A stretch of 63,973 nt of DNA, counting the filler, from Diploschistes diacapsis (taxonomy: Eukaryota), in the NCBI GenBank assembly GCA_023645945.1. It is 6 parts of 6 records of this genome, joined end to end, with 100 filler letters (N's around TTAATTAATTAA, not from the genome) between each part and the next. Parts side by side here need not be neighbours in the genome. Positions count along the whole stretch, not along the records: positions 21,574 to 32,247 come from JALAIB010000903.1; positions 32,348 to 43,021 come from JALAIB010000904.1; 4 more parts are not named here. The stretch is one strand, 5' to 3'. The position numbers were made by a program, and so were the translations under genes. The notes under the pieces were generated by a model. It was not told the origin of the DNA and made no database searches. It saw only the letters and a list, made by a program, of their open reading frames with translations. Positions 23,200 through 35,033 of the stretch are shown here, in pieces. Within the stretch, counting starts at the first letter, position 1. Every line of letters starts with the position of its first letter.

Positions 23200-24710
23200 A
23201 TGGACCCTGCTGCTGCTCTGGCTACCATGCCGGCGGCACCACCGCCCCCTGGCCAGTATACTAACTTTGTTAATCCTCCATCACAGCAAGGCGCTATGAT
23301 CGCAGTCTGTACTGTGATGATAATTCTGACGCTGTTCTTTGTGAGCCTGCGTCTATACTCAAACTTTTGCGTGACGCGATCAGCAGGGGTTGAGGATTGT
23401 TAGTAACCTCTAGGTTAATTTATCTGACAACGCTGACCAGGTGCAGCTATCTGTCTAGTATCCACGGTAGAACGAAACAATTTCCATGAATATTCTCTTC
23501 CTACTGATCTGGGACGTATTAGATCTTTTCATTCACCTATATTGGCTTCGTTTTGGACTGTAAGGGCAATAGACGTTACTCTCGCTCGGGAACTGAAAGC
23601 TAATTGCCTGGTTAGTGAGCTATGTAGCCAGGCACATGTGGGACGTTCCCGAGATATGGTTTACCGAGGATTACTGGAAGGTTCAACAAATTAACCCGTT
23701 TGCTTAATCGCAATTGTTTTCTAACAGCCTACAGATCAGGTTCGCCCAGAATATAATCCAAGCCTTTGCCTTTTGGACTTCAAGAATGCCCATTTTCCTG
23801 CTCTATCTACGTCTCTTTGGCCGCAATCGAGTCTTTCGCTTTGCCGTCTACTTAGGTATAGCCATTGCTTCCGCCGTTTATTTCTCAGAAATACCCCTGA
23901 CTGCTTATTTCTGCACGCCTCCGATTGGCGGATCGTGGGGCTCATTGAGTGTCTTTGCCAAATGCCAGAAGCTGGTTTGGTATGCAGTTGTGCAGGGCGG
24001 CTGCAACATAGCGACAGATATTTATATCTTCGTACTTCCTTTGCCTTCAATCTTTGGTCTGCACCTCCCACCAAAAAAGAAGCTGGGTGTCTTCCTTATC
24101 TTTGGGGTTGGACTTTTGTAAGTCCAGTCTGTTTTCTTTGTGGCATCTCTTCACCGATGGTGTAAACACGGAAAAATATTCTAGAGCGGTCATTGCCAGT
24201 GCAATTAGTTTCTACTACCGTTATCAACTCTCCTTCGGGCCAGATATCAACTGGAACGAAGGTGCTTTTATTTCCACTGCGTAAGAAGTTCCCCTCTGGA
24301 CAAGTTGTAGTACGTTCGTTGATGCAAGGGCCAGGTCGGTGGAGATCAACATTGCCATCATTTGCAGCTCGATCCCCGCTTGTTCGTCTTTCGCTAAGCA
24401 TGTACTCAAAGAAAGAGGCTTCTTCGACTCTATTCAGTCCCTCTTTAATTTCAACTCGTTCTTCTCGACACATAAATCCGGCCCTAAAAAGCAGAGCCAC
24501 TCATACGCTTCGTCGAATCTTATTGGACATAACGAGCGGTCGATGAACTACAGGACTCCATTGACGGAAAATGGCTATGTAGAGCTACAAGAAGTTAAGT
24601 CGAATGCGCAAGCGAGGAAAGTGAATGACATGAACCATGATAATTCAAGCAGCCACCAGGGACTGTATCAGCATGGTATCACAAGGACTATCGATGTGGA
24701 AATTGTGTGA
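23200..24710 (+). CDS. Pth11-like (fungal rhodopsin-domain, no CFEM) integral membrane protein, about 7 exons
   Basis: PPPPGQYTNFVNP start, TM helices, ARHMWDVP, IFLLYLRLF, NIATDIYIFVLPLPSIFGLHLPPKKK, VEINIAIICSSIP; canonical short introns. Confidence 0.85.
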
Positions 24711-25601
24711 AAAGGAAGGTTGTACTAAGGGTTTTGGCACGTCTACAATTGGTCGATAGCGACGCGGTCTGAGCTTTAAGAACGGAAAAAGACTTTGGGT
24801 GGGGCATATTAAGGGCTAATGACACCGTGTGCAGCATAGGGGATGGTCAGCAGTCGGTTTACGGATCGTATAGCATAAAGTTTGGTGAGGCTGGTGCCAA
24901 AAACTCTGAATACTGGTTTGCCTAGTGGAACACCACCATGGGTTGAGCGGACGCTCAGAATGGACGGCTAGCCTGATAAGGGTATGGTTATAATTCTGAC
25001 TGGGTTTAACTACACTTAAACAAACCTAGTGTACTTTACTTTTCTTTGCATCAGCCCCCCCTCTGCCGTAAGGTTGCTTTCGTACTGTGCAACCCTGCAT
25101 CCTGGACGAGGGTGTAAAGCAATGCGACCTTTGTCGGGAGACAGCCTGAACACTGACCCATAGCCAGGCTCTTGCCTCTCCAAATCTCACTTAGGCCGTC
25201 GTACAACAAGGCAAAAGACTGTATGATTGGTGATGCTGTGGCGTTATCTCGAGAAATCGAGGGGGAAAGATGCACCGACTTATTGTAGTGTTCTGCAAAC
25301 AGGAGTGCTATCGTTTCACCACACGCATACAGCTGCACATTCACACTCACCAAGTGCGTAGGGAAACGACAAGTTAGCACCATTTACCTTGTATTAATAA
25401 ATCCTGTTTCTTGTTTGATTACCGATTGTTTTACAACCAACTTAGCTCAATACTGGCACAATGCATTATTGTCGGTTTTTTGGTTATGTGGCATAGCGGT
25501 AGCAAATATATCACAAGAGAACCAGGTCGGTCTCCTCTGCACTTTTCCTGCTGTAGGTCTTATTCTACTTTCTGTCGAGCTGTCAACCATCGCCGTGCAA
25601 T

Positions 25602-27422
25602 ATGATAATCGACTCCTTAATAAGTAAAGCAATCTTATTCGTACCTCCAAGTGTACTGCTAACAGGCGCGACCCTGAGCGCACTCCTGCTCATTTGGCGG
25701 CTATGGAGACTTACCATTGTGCCAATGTGGTGGCCAGATGAGCCCAAGTTGTTGCCGTACTGGATTCCGATCATAGGTGAACTGTGACTTGATTTCATAT
25801 GGATTCTTGAGAAGGTCGTTGTCCGGCTGACTCTGTTCACTGTTTCTTCTTAGGGCATACGTGGGCATTCATGCGCAATCCAGAAAAGCTCATCGATTAT
25901 GGATAGTAAGAACGTCCTTGGATTTAATGCTCTTATAGGGTGAGATAATTGATCGGCTTTCAGCAAGTACTTTGGAAACAATCGACCCTTCGCCCTTACC
26001 ATAGCAGGTCGTAGGACGGTGGTCATTAGGGATGTCCACGACGTGACTACTATTTGGCGGAACACTGCAGATTTGTCATTCGACCCTTTCGTGCGAGCTG
26101 TGATGAAGGCCTTCGGAATTGCTCCTTCCTCCATCAAAAAAGTGTTTGCAAACCCTAAGGATCTGATCCGCGACGAGTTCAAGTCAAAGGCGCTTCTAAT
26201 AAGTAAGAATCCGTACAATAAGTGTTACATGAACCTGGAGCGTGACTGGTTTAAAACGCAACTGCTTGAGCCCGAGCTGCTACAAGAACTTCAAGATAGG
26301 TATACCCAGTTTCTTGGACAGTCGTTAGCCTGGAAAGACCTCTCGACACTCTACATAGTATCGTCCAACTCCGCGATGAACTTCAAAACTGTATCTTTAA
26401 AAGGTTTCGCCAGGCACACGGTTTCATATTGCAGTACGAGCACCTTCTTTGGCAGAGCCTTGCTCCGGGTAGCTTCTTCTTTCGGGCAAGACTACCAAGA
26501 TTTTGAGGAAGAAAGCTGGAAGATTTTTTATCGTCTTCCCTGGTTCCTTGCACGATCGTCACACGCGGCCAAAGCAAAGGCCCTCGATGGGCTGGAGCGT
26601 TACCTCCTGTTACCGGAAGAGGAACGCTCTGAGCTTGCATGGCTCTTCCAGACCATGAACACCGAGCTCCGATACCTTTCCGTTCCGCCCCGTGATGTCG
26701 CGGGCATTACCATGATTATCATTTGGGCGTCAGTCTTCCTCCTTCCCTCCCCCCCCGGACATTCCCATACCCATCTACATAAGGGTCTCTTCAACGATCG
26801 TCCGCTGACAGCTCCGGCAGCATCAACAACAATGCTCACAAGATCGCCTTCTGGATCTTTGCGCACCTCCTACACGATCCGCCTTTGCTCGCGGCTCTTC
26901 GTGCCGAGACTGACGCCGCGTGCTTGCCATCCGGCGCTATCGACGTGAGCGTGCTTCTGACGGCCTCGCCCCACCTCGACGCCGTTTGGTACGAGACTTT
27001 GCGCATGTACAACGCCACTTCTGCGGTACGTGAGGCTACGGCGCCCTGCATCGTAGGCGGGAAGAGCATTCGCCAGGGGGGACACGATAATCGCGCCGTT
27101 CCGGCAGTTCCACCTCAACGGCGTCATCTTCGGCACGGATGCGCAGGCCTTCAATGCGCGCCGCTTTCTCGAGAATAAGTCGCTGCCGCGAACCAAGGGC
27201 TACGCGCCGTTCGGTGGAGGTCACACGTACCGTCCAGGCCGGCTTTTTGCGCAGAGAGAGATCTACTTGTTCGTGGCAATGACACTATGGCAGTTCGAGC
27301 TGGAACTGGAGCCACGGGAAGCACCGCACAGGATGCCGAAGGTGGATAAAAACTTACCATCCGCTGCCGCGATGGGGCCGGCGGAGGACGTTTTGGTACG
27401 GATGCAACCTCGCGTACACTAG
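25602..27422 (+). pseudogene. Cytochrome P450 (CYP7/CYP8-like clan) with one homopolymer frameshift and heme-ligand Cys->Arg; pseudogene or sequence-error-affected gene
   Basis: N-terminal TM plus EPKLLPYWIPIIGH, I-helix WAINNNAHK, ExxR (YETLRMY), NARRF and FGGGHTYRPGR. Three introns reconstruct cleanly. An extra G in the G6 run at 27076-27081 shifts the frame; CGT at 27231 occupies the Cys position. Confidence 0.8.
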
Positions 27423-28858
27423 TCTTGAGGGGTTCTTTCTCATAGACAGTGGTGGCGAGGAAGTGGATTGTTGGGGCCAAGGGGGTTGTTGCATAGATTT
27501 CTCCTTATCTATGAGTGTATTATACGGAACTATTCATACCCTCAGTAATGCTAGCACGTAACACGAGCGTAACGGCGGGATTCATAACACTGCGTTGGAC
27601 GTATAGGGACGTTCTCCACCGCGGATTGAACCAACCGTAAAGGCAAACCGATAGACTAGCCAGTGGGGCCTGGGGACGCCTGCACAAAAGGAGCATCTCA
27701 GCAGGAACACATGTTGAGGCTTGCCTTGGATGTCTGCACGCCCTAGATCTGCCTGAATCAAGGTGTGGAAGGCGGTTGCGGGTATCTCCGGAGCTATTAT
27801 GCATGCTCGGCTAGTGCCAAATCATATGGGATTGAGGCACCATGTTGCAGCAGTACAGTGAGGTCTGAGTAGAGTAATCAAATCTAATGCACACCCGACT
27901 TTCTTTCCCGACGTTGATACGCAGCTGATAAGGCATGGTTTGTCGCATTATTTCTTATTTCTCAAGACCCAAGCTCCAGTATCCACAACATGCAAAGCTG
28001 CGCCCACCTTTCTCCTGCTCAAGACCGAACTCGGTGTCTAGAGTTACTCTCATGTCCACGTGCTTTTCTACAAAAACGAACAAAAATCCCCGTAAGCGAG
28101 AGAATGCCAAGTTGAGATGTTAACGGGGAATCCGATGCCAGTTGCTGCTATGATCTGAAAACACACCCAAGCCGCCTTACTGGACGCAGATGATAAAGTG
28201 GAGAAAAGTCGGCGCGCGATTGCACGGAGGGCAAATAACCCGCTGCGCTTGGAATCATGAAGGCGCTAATGGGCAGGATGGCTATTCCCGATAAGTAAAG
28301 GGTAATCTGTGAGTTGGGACTGAAAATAGAGCGGCAGAACATAGACGCACTAACTCGAGCAAGATTGATATTATAACATCTAAGACGTGGTGGCATAATA
28401 GGTTCGTTGCAGTTGTGCTTGCAGGGCTCCTAAAAGGACGAGGAGCTACGATGTATTCTGACTAATCCTAACTAAGAGGATAAATTCCTAGCCTGCCTAG
28501 CCAGCTTGCAGTAAACAAGAATTAAAATATCATTGTGGAGGATAAAGATAATAATGATGAAAATGATGAAACTAAAAGCTAAGAATGCCAGATGATATTT
28601 AAATTTTGTATTTAAAATGGCCCCAGTCCTGAGAGGGGCCGAGTAACCGGTTAAACACGTTAATATAACCTCTTTTAAAAAATATATCGAAATATTGAAA
28701 CCAGAATTAAAAATAAAATAAAGAATAAAATAAAGAATACTTTACGTTGCGTATTGAATATGAAAACGAACTGATTTTTTTATCCGAAATAGCGCGTCAA
28801 GGCGGCAAGCTCATTTCCATAGGTAGTCGTTTCCATCGCTACAATATTTACAAAACCT

Positions 28859-30675
28859 TCAAGCACCCTGCAGAGGCTGTCCATGGCCGCCCATTGTTAT
28901 TGTTTTAATGATTTGGTATTCCTCAATCCCGTGCGAACTTCCTTCACGTCCGAAGCCACTGAATTTCACACCTCCGAATCTGAGCTTCGTATTAGCTTTG
29001 AATTGATGTCTGTAATAAACGAGACTTACGGTGCCGCAGCGTCACTAATCAGGCCGGTGTTCACACCTACCATTCCAACTTCAAGAGCTTCAGCGACTCT
29101 GTATATTCTTTGCACGTCCCTGCTGAAGAAATATCCCGCAAGGCCGACCTCGGCCCGATTCGCCATCTCAACAACGTCGTGCTCGGTCTTGAAAGGAAAG
29201 AGACCCGCGACAGGTCCAAAGGTCTCCTCGCTAGCAAGTTGCATATTCATCTTCATACCAGTGATGACTGTTGGTTGAAAGAAATTGCTGCCTAGGTCTG
29301 GCATCTTCTGGCCCCCAACGGTAACCTTTGCTCCCTTCTTCTCTGCATCTCTGACGTGAGCATCTACTTTGCTTACAGCTCGATCATGAATAAGGGGTCC
29401 ATGAGTGATTCCTTCATCGAAGCCTGCGCCGACCTTGAAGGCCTTGACTTTTTCCGCGAATTTGTTGGCAAAAGAATCGTAGATTCCCTCCTGGACGTAG
29501 ATTCGGTTTGCACAAATGCATGTTTGGCCAGAAGAACGAAATTTGCTAGCCACGGCGCCGTTCACGGCCGTCTCGATATCTGCATCATCGAAGATGATCA
29601 GAGGAGCGTTGCCACCGAGTTCGAAAGAGAGCTTCTTGAGAGTGTCGGAAGACTGCTTCATCAAAAGTTTACCGACGGGTGTAGAGCCAGTAAACGAAAC
29701 CTTCCTGACTGCTCGGCTTGAGGTGAGTGCTTCTCCGACTTCAGCAGTATTGTTAAGAGCTGTCACGAAATTCACAACGCCATCAGGTATTCCAGCTCTG
29801 CTACCAAGTTCCGCAATTGCTAAGCCTGTGAATGGAGTCTCTCCGGGCGATTTCGCAACAACGGTGCAGCCCGCAGCAAGCGCAGGGGCAATCTTCCGTG
29901 TTATCATAGCCGCCGGAAAGTTCCATCTGTAACCATTAACATTGGCTACGTAGAATATTATAACGACCTACGGTGTAATAAGACCACACACGCCGACAGG
30001 TTCCTTTATCGTGAAAACTCTATTGCCAGGCACAGTCGCTGGAATGGTCTCCCCGTATGTGCGCGGCGCCTCTTCACTGAACCATTCAAAGAACGCAGCA
30101 GCATAGCTCACCTCGCCTTTTGCGTCTGTCAATGGTTTGCCATTCTCCCATGTAATAAGAGCTGCGAGATCATCCGCATTATCCATCATGAGCTGATACC
30201 ATTTACGTAGCATCCGAGCTCTTTCTCTGGCGGTAATGTTTTTGAACGAAGGCCATGTCTCTGCTGCAATCCTGATCGCATTATCTGTATCCTCCTTGTT
30301 CATCTCCGGGCATGACCCTATAAGCTTTCCGTTTGCTGGATCTAAGCCTGAATCAGCAGAGCTATCCCTCCTGTTTGTGGTACGCACCATGTACTTCAAA
30401 TGTCTTTCCCGATTTCGCCGATATCCATTTTCCGCCAACATAGCACTTTTGCTGAAATAGCGAAGGGTCCTTCAACTGCCATGCAATCAACGCGTATCTT
30501 CTAAGGACGCCTTCAGACCACCAACGGCTAACGGAGCTGCTCTTGGGCGTCAGGGAGCATGAATACTTACCTTTGGCGCATCGTGAGACGACATGGCGTA
30601 GGTTCTGACCCGCAGAAATCCAAGTCTTGATGTGCTCTTGTAAGCAGTAGCCGAAAGACGCGTAGTTTTCAACAT
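28859..30675 (-). CDS. UGA2: Succinate-semialdehyde dehydrogenase (ALDH5), multi-exon, with mitochondrial presequence
   Basis: [43 protein letters not shown] (catalytic Glu), SGQTCIC (catalytic Cys), [21 protein letters not shown]. Confidence 0.93.
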
Positions 30676-30989
30676 GATGAAGAAGAGAAACAAAAGGGGG
30701 GGCAAGAGGGGCTATACGCAGTTATCTAGTAACCTAGAAGCTGTGATATCATTTGGGAAATCAACTAGGTATTGGGAGCTGCACGCTGCGGGGTAGCGCG
30801 TAATCCCGTTTAATTCAGGAGCTCTGCACACCCTCCAGACAGACTCATGTCTACGTAGAGAGTTGGCCACCTGTAAATCCATACCCCAGAGGCACTAGCC
30901 GTCGCAAAATGAATATTTCAAATTATTTGAGCTTGTCATATGTAGCATGGCCTCCAAATGCAGTTTATACTACAGAAACATAACCATAC

Positions 30990-31806
30990 TCATCCCCTAA
31001 ATCCCGCCAACTCCTTTACAGCCTCCAGCACGCTCGGCTTCCTCTCCTCTACCCCCTCCAATATCGAGCTCGCCACCGTCTTCATCCGCGTCTCTTCCAG
31101 CTTCTTCTCCTCCGCCCCTTTCTCCGCCTCGTTCCTCGCCCTGATCTGCCTGTCGCCCTCGTCCCCCAGTACCGGTTTCACCCTCATTCCTTCCAACCTT
31201 CTCTTTTCCGCCTCCTTTTTCACCCTGACCTGCTTATCCTCCTCATCCCCCAGTATCCTCCTCGTCCTCGTCTCCTCCAACCTCTTTCTCTCTGCCTCCT
31301 TCCTTGCCCTGATCTGCCTGTCCTCCTCATCCCTGGCCTCCAGCTCCCTTATCCACGCCTCCTTCTTCTCCATCACCTTCTTCTCCGCAATCGCACCCTC
31401 AATGACCTTGCGCTTCTGCCTCTCCTCGGCGTAGTAATAGGAGCCGCCGATCATGCAACAGATTGTGAAGAATTGGGCGTAGATGCGCGCGCGGAACATG
31501 CGGTTCGTCTGGTGATGGTCACCGGAGCGGATGGAGCGCGAGGCTCGCCAGAGGGCGTAGCATGTTAAGGCGCAGCCTGCAACGAGGTTTGTGCGTCAGC
31601 TACAGGAAAGCTATAGAGGAGAAAAAAGTAAACCGACCGAAGGGGATCAAGGGCTCATCAACGAGCTTGCGCTTGATCTTGTGCCATCGGTTCTCCTCGT
31701 AGAAATCACTGAGAGCACGTCAATGGTTGTGTCAGACCACGCCGCAGAATTATTCTTCAACTCACGTATTGCCATCGAAGGAGGAAGGCAGGTGTTGATT
31801 GCTCAT
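30990..31806 (-). CDS. RCF1: Respiratory supercomplex factor 1 (HIG1 domain), 3 exons, with C-terminal 28-aa triplication
   Basis: MSNQHLPSSFDG, FYEENRWHKIKRKLVDEPLIP, GDHHQTNRMFRARIYAQFFT, KKEAWIRELEARDEED. Confidence 0.9.
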
Positions 31807-32247
31807 GTTGTTCAGCGCTCAGCATTGGAAGCTAGGCTCCCGCGAGTTGTTGTTGCACGGAATCATGAGGTCATGGAGATATAAACAAATTGACCTCCGG
31901 GGGGGCAGCGTCATCGGAGGCTCAGAAAGGGCTTCGAAGTTACTACTACATGATGATACCCTATTACCCTATCAGAATATTCCTTTTGATTATATTTCAT
32001 TTACAGCTACAGTTCCCTAGATAGACCAATCGAGGCTTCCCAATTCCATTCCCCTAACGCTGTGCGGAAACCGTAAACCCTACTGGCCGTTCCTAGCTAC
32101 CATAAGGGGCTTGTCTTATTCTGCCTACTGTAAAATTGTGTAATATATTTGGTGGCGCCCTAGTGATGCATTCTACCTAGTTAATGATGCATTCTGCCTA
32201 GTTCGCTGTGGCTCTGCCAGGTACTTAGATCTCTGTATAATTTGCAT

Positions 32248-32347
32248 NNNNNNNNNNNNNNNNNNNNNNNNNNNNNNNNNNNNNNNNNNNNTTAATTAAT
32301 TAANNNNNNNNNNNNNNNNNNNNNNNNNNNNNNNNNNNNNNNNNNNN
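32248..32347. other. Artificial contig linker
   Basis: N44-TTAATTAATTAA-N44. Confidence 0.97.
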
Positions 32348-32695
32348 GTCTTTAGAAAGAAGGTTTTAAGGTGATAGAGGTAACGAATATAGATTGATCC
32401 CGAATAATAATTTAAGATATTTATAAAAATGAATATATCGAATAAAGGTATGTTTAAAAGGAAGATTATATATCTAAATCTTTTATAAAGTATTAATATT
32501 AATTTTCTATATTTTATTTAAAACGAAAGGAGCGCCGGCGATAGCTTTTATAGAACAGAGAGAGCGCCGTTTACTGCTCCCACAGAGCGCACGGAACGGC
32601 GCCGTTCGCTCCAACAACTCACGTGACCCGAACGTCAGTAAGTGTTTCTTAGTGAGTGGCTGGGACGTGACAGGTCAGTAGCCTGGATCGTAACA
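32348..32695 (-). mobile_element. RIP-degraded gypsy-like LTR, related to 21574-22103
   Basis: Terminus TGGATCGTAACA at 32684-32695; shared internal block with about 21800-21850. Confidence 0.65.
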
Positions 32696-33250
32696 CGGAA
32701 GCCCTTCTAAGATCTTTCCCGTATTAATTTTTCGTTAATATTAAATCTTTCGAAGGTTTTTAACGTTAATAACTACTATAACGCGAGATATTTTACGGAT
32801 TGTTTTTTAACTAACGATTCGTTTATTAAATCGTATTTTTTAATCGATGATATCTCGATTAATTTTTTAAAAGGCGGAAGTATTATCGATTCTTTTTTTC
32901 TCTTTTGATCCTTTTTATCAACGGGGGTTATTATTTATAATAAGTCGGCGGGTAATATTTTCGAGTTTCGGTTATCGTGAACTCATTCGAATACTTAATA
33001 TTCGGTTAACGTTTTAAACTCTCGTCACGAGTACGAAAATAAAGTGAGCTTTTTAAATATGAAACGCCAGCGTAGGAAAGGATGTTATTTTATCGGGGGC
33101 TAGGCCTGATCCGGAAGGATTAGATATAGCTTAAGCATCTAAAAATAAAAGATCTCGATTCGAAAAGCTGAAAAAGAAACTATTTAGGTAGGAAGAAGGT
33201 ACCGTTAAGTAGTGTAGATGTTAGATCTACCGGGGTTCGGGGACTATTTA
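32696..33250. mobile_element. AT-rich RIP-degraded transposon relic, family unclear
   Basis: TpA-rich, CpA/TpG-depleted, no open frame. Confidence 0.45.
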
Positions 33251-33269
33251 TTTATACAGCCATCTCCTG

Positions 33270-33367
33270 ACCCTGCCGTGTCTTGGCAAGCATCTGGGTA
33301 TTAACCCTGCCGTGGCTTGGCAAGCCTTCTGGGCACTAACCCTGCCGTGGCTTGGCAGGCCCCTGGG
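33270..33367. repeat. Tandem 34-35 bp repeat x3 (ACCCTGCCGTGGCTTGGCAAG core)
   Basis: Units start at 33270, 33304 and 33339. Confidence 0.85.
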
Positions 33368-33403
33368 CTGGGCTGTCTCAGTAGGTGGTATTTGTTTATT
33401 TGA

Positions 33404-33432
33404 TACCTAACTACTTTTGGCACGTGATTGTA
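33404..33432 (-). mobile_element. Isolated Tc1/mariner-like TIR (TA|CAATCACGTGCCAAAAGTAGTTAGGTA)
   Basis: Matches the TIRs ending at 43847, 44159 and 47971; flanked by TA. Confidence 0.5.
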
Positions 33433-33535
33433 TGGTATGTTCGATCATATTCTATTTCCTTAACCTCCTTCAGTATGAACAAGCATGGTTTCAAAGTCAT
33501 TCTACAAGAATTTGATTAAAGCTTAGGCCTCTCCC

Positions 33536-34218
33536 ATGCCTCCTGGCCCATAACTACACACCATCTCTCCAAACGCGACAGACGCAGCAGCCCAAGCAAC
33601 CCCAGCAAGGACGCAAGTGATCAGGGATGTTCCCGATTGATGAAGATGATATCTCACTTCACGTTGACCGCGTCTGGGCAATCCCAATGCGTTGGATTAG
33701 CCGTATCCAGCGTGATTCAATATGGACTCATCTCGGCACTGAGGAACTGCTTAAAGTCTTGTAGCCGCCTAGGCTCAATTTGCCAACGTGCTGGGCCACT
33801 GACCGTACGTACGTAGTCCAATGTACAGGCGAAAAAGGCTCGTGCGCTAGCTCACAGCCTAATGCAGATAAGCATCTGAATATTTGAACGCAAGCCGGTA
33901 AACGCTGTGGAGCATCTTCGTCAGATGGGTGTCCCAAACCCGGAGGGATTTGAGCGCAAGCCTACGCCACCTCCTACAGTCGACCTCGGTGAGGGCACTA
34001 GTGAAGAGGTTACGCGTGAAGAAGGCGGCAGCGAAGGAGATGCCCTCGAAGGAGAGCCCAGCGAAGACCATGCCATCGATGCGCGGATATCGTTGAAGAT
34101 GATGCTGGCGAAGGGGTTACCAACGAAGAAAGTGAAATTGGAAAGGACGTCGGAGAGAATACTAGCGAAGAGGATGCATGAGTTGCTTCAGGCAACTGAT
34201 TTTTTACGGATACAATAG
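33536..34218 (+). pseudogene. Possible degraded gene of unknown function
   Basis: Coding-like GC content, one putative intron starting GTACGT, acidic ORF 33907-34218; upstream part interrupted by stops and a frameshift. Confidence 0.3.
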
Positions 34219-35033
34219 AAATAACATAAATCTTGGTACTAGTCTCAGTACTTTGCTCGAGTGACGTGCCAAGCAAGTTTTTTCCAAATATGAACACATT
34301 CTGGGGATAATTTCGAACTATGATATACGAGTTTGATATATTATATACGTGTACACGTACGGAAAAGAAATAAGCAAGGTATTAATCAGCGTTTATTTAG
34401 TATAATAAGGATACCGATATATCCATATTCGTATAAATATAGATTTATATATAGGCATAGGTACAAGAAAGAAATTAGGAAGAAGACTTGTGATAACAGC
34501 TAGGAAAAGAAGAAGAGAAGAAGGGCCAGAGTTGAAAATTGGGTAAAGGGGGCGATATAGGTCTGGTGGATGTGGAGGGTATGCAGTCTTTGAGAGTGTT
34601 ATGGAAAATAATATTTAAGCAAGCGGGAGTGACGGATCTGGTATGATATTCCGGTAGCATGGAATAAATGTCGCCAAGGGTTCCAAAGCTGCTGCAGCGT
34701 ATCCTAGAAACGAGGCCGTTGGAGATATGAGAGAACATTTCGAGGGATAGTATATGGAGAGCTGCAGTCCTAAGTGTGCGGATGGACGATGTAAATGCGA
34801 ATCTGAGCAGAGGTCCGTTAGAAATACATATGCTTCTCTGATTGAGCTGCGGACGAGGAGTAGGTATTACCTCCGCCCTCCACCAAATGCCAGCTGTGTA
34901 GGCACCGTGACCCGTTTTCCCCCTTGAGATGCTTCAGTACATCATATAGCAAATAGCAACGCCGGTGCCGCTCTAGCATACAGCAACGGTAACGACCCTG
35001 GAACCTGGCATTCTCCATTGTCCTTTCAACCGA

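Noticed and set aside
25051..25383. Small minus-strand ORFs flanking the P450 (also 28148-28396)
   Set aside because: No recognisable motif or consistent exon structure; cannot be supported as genes.
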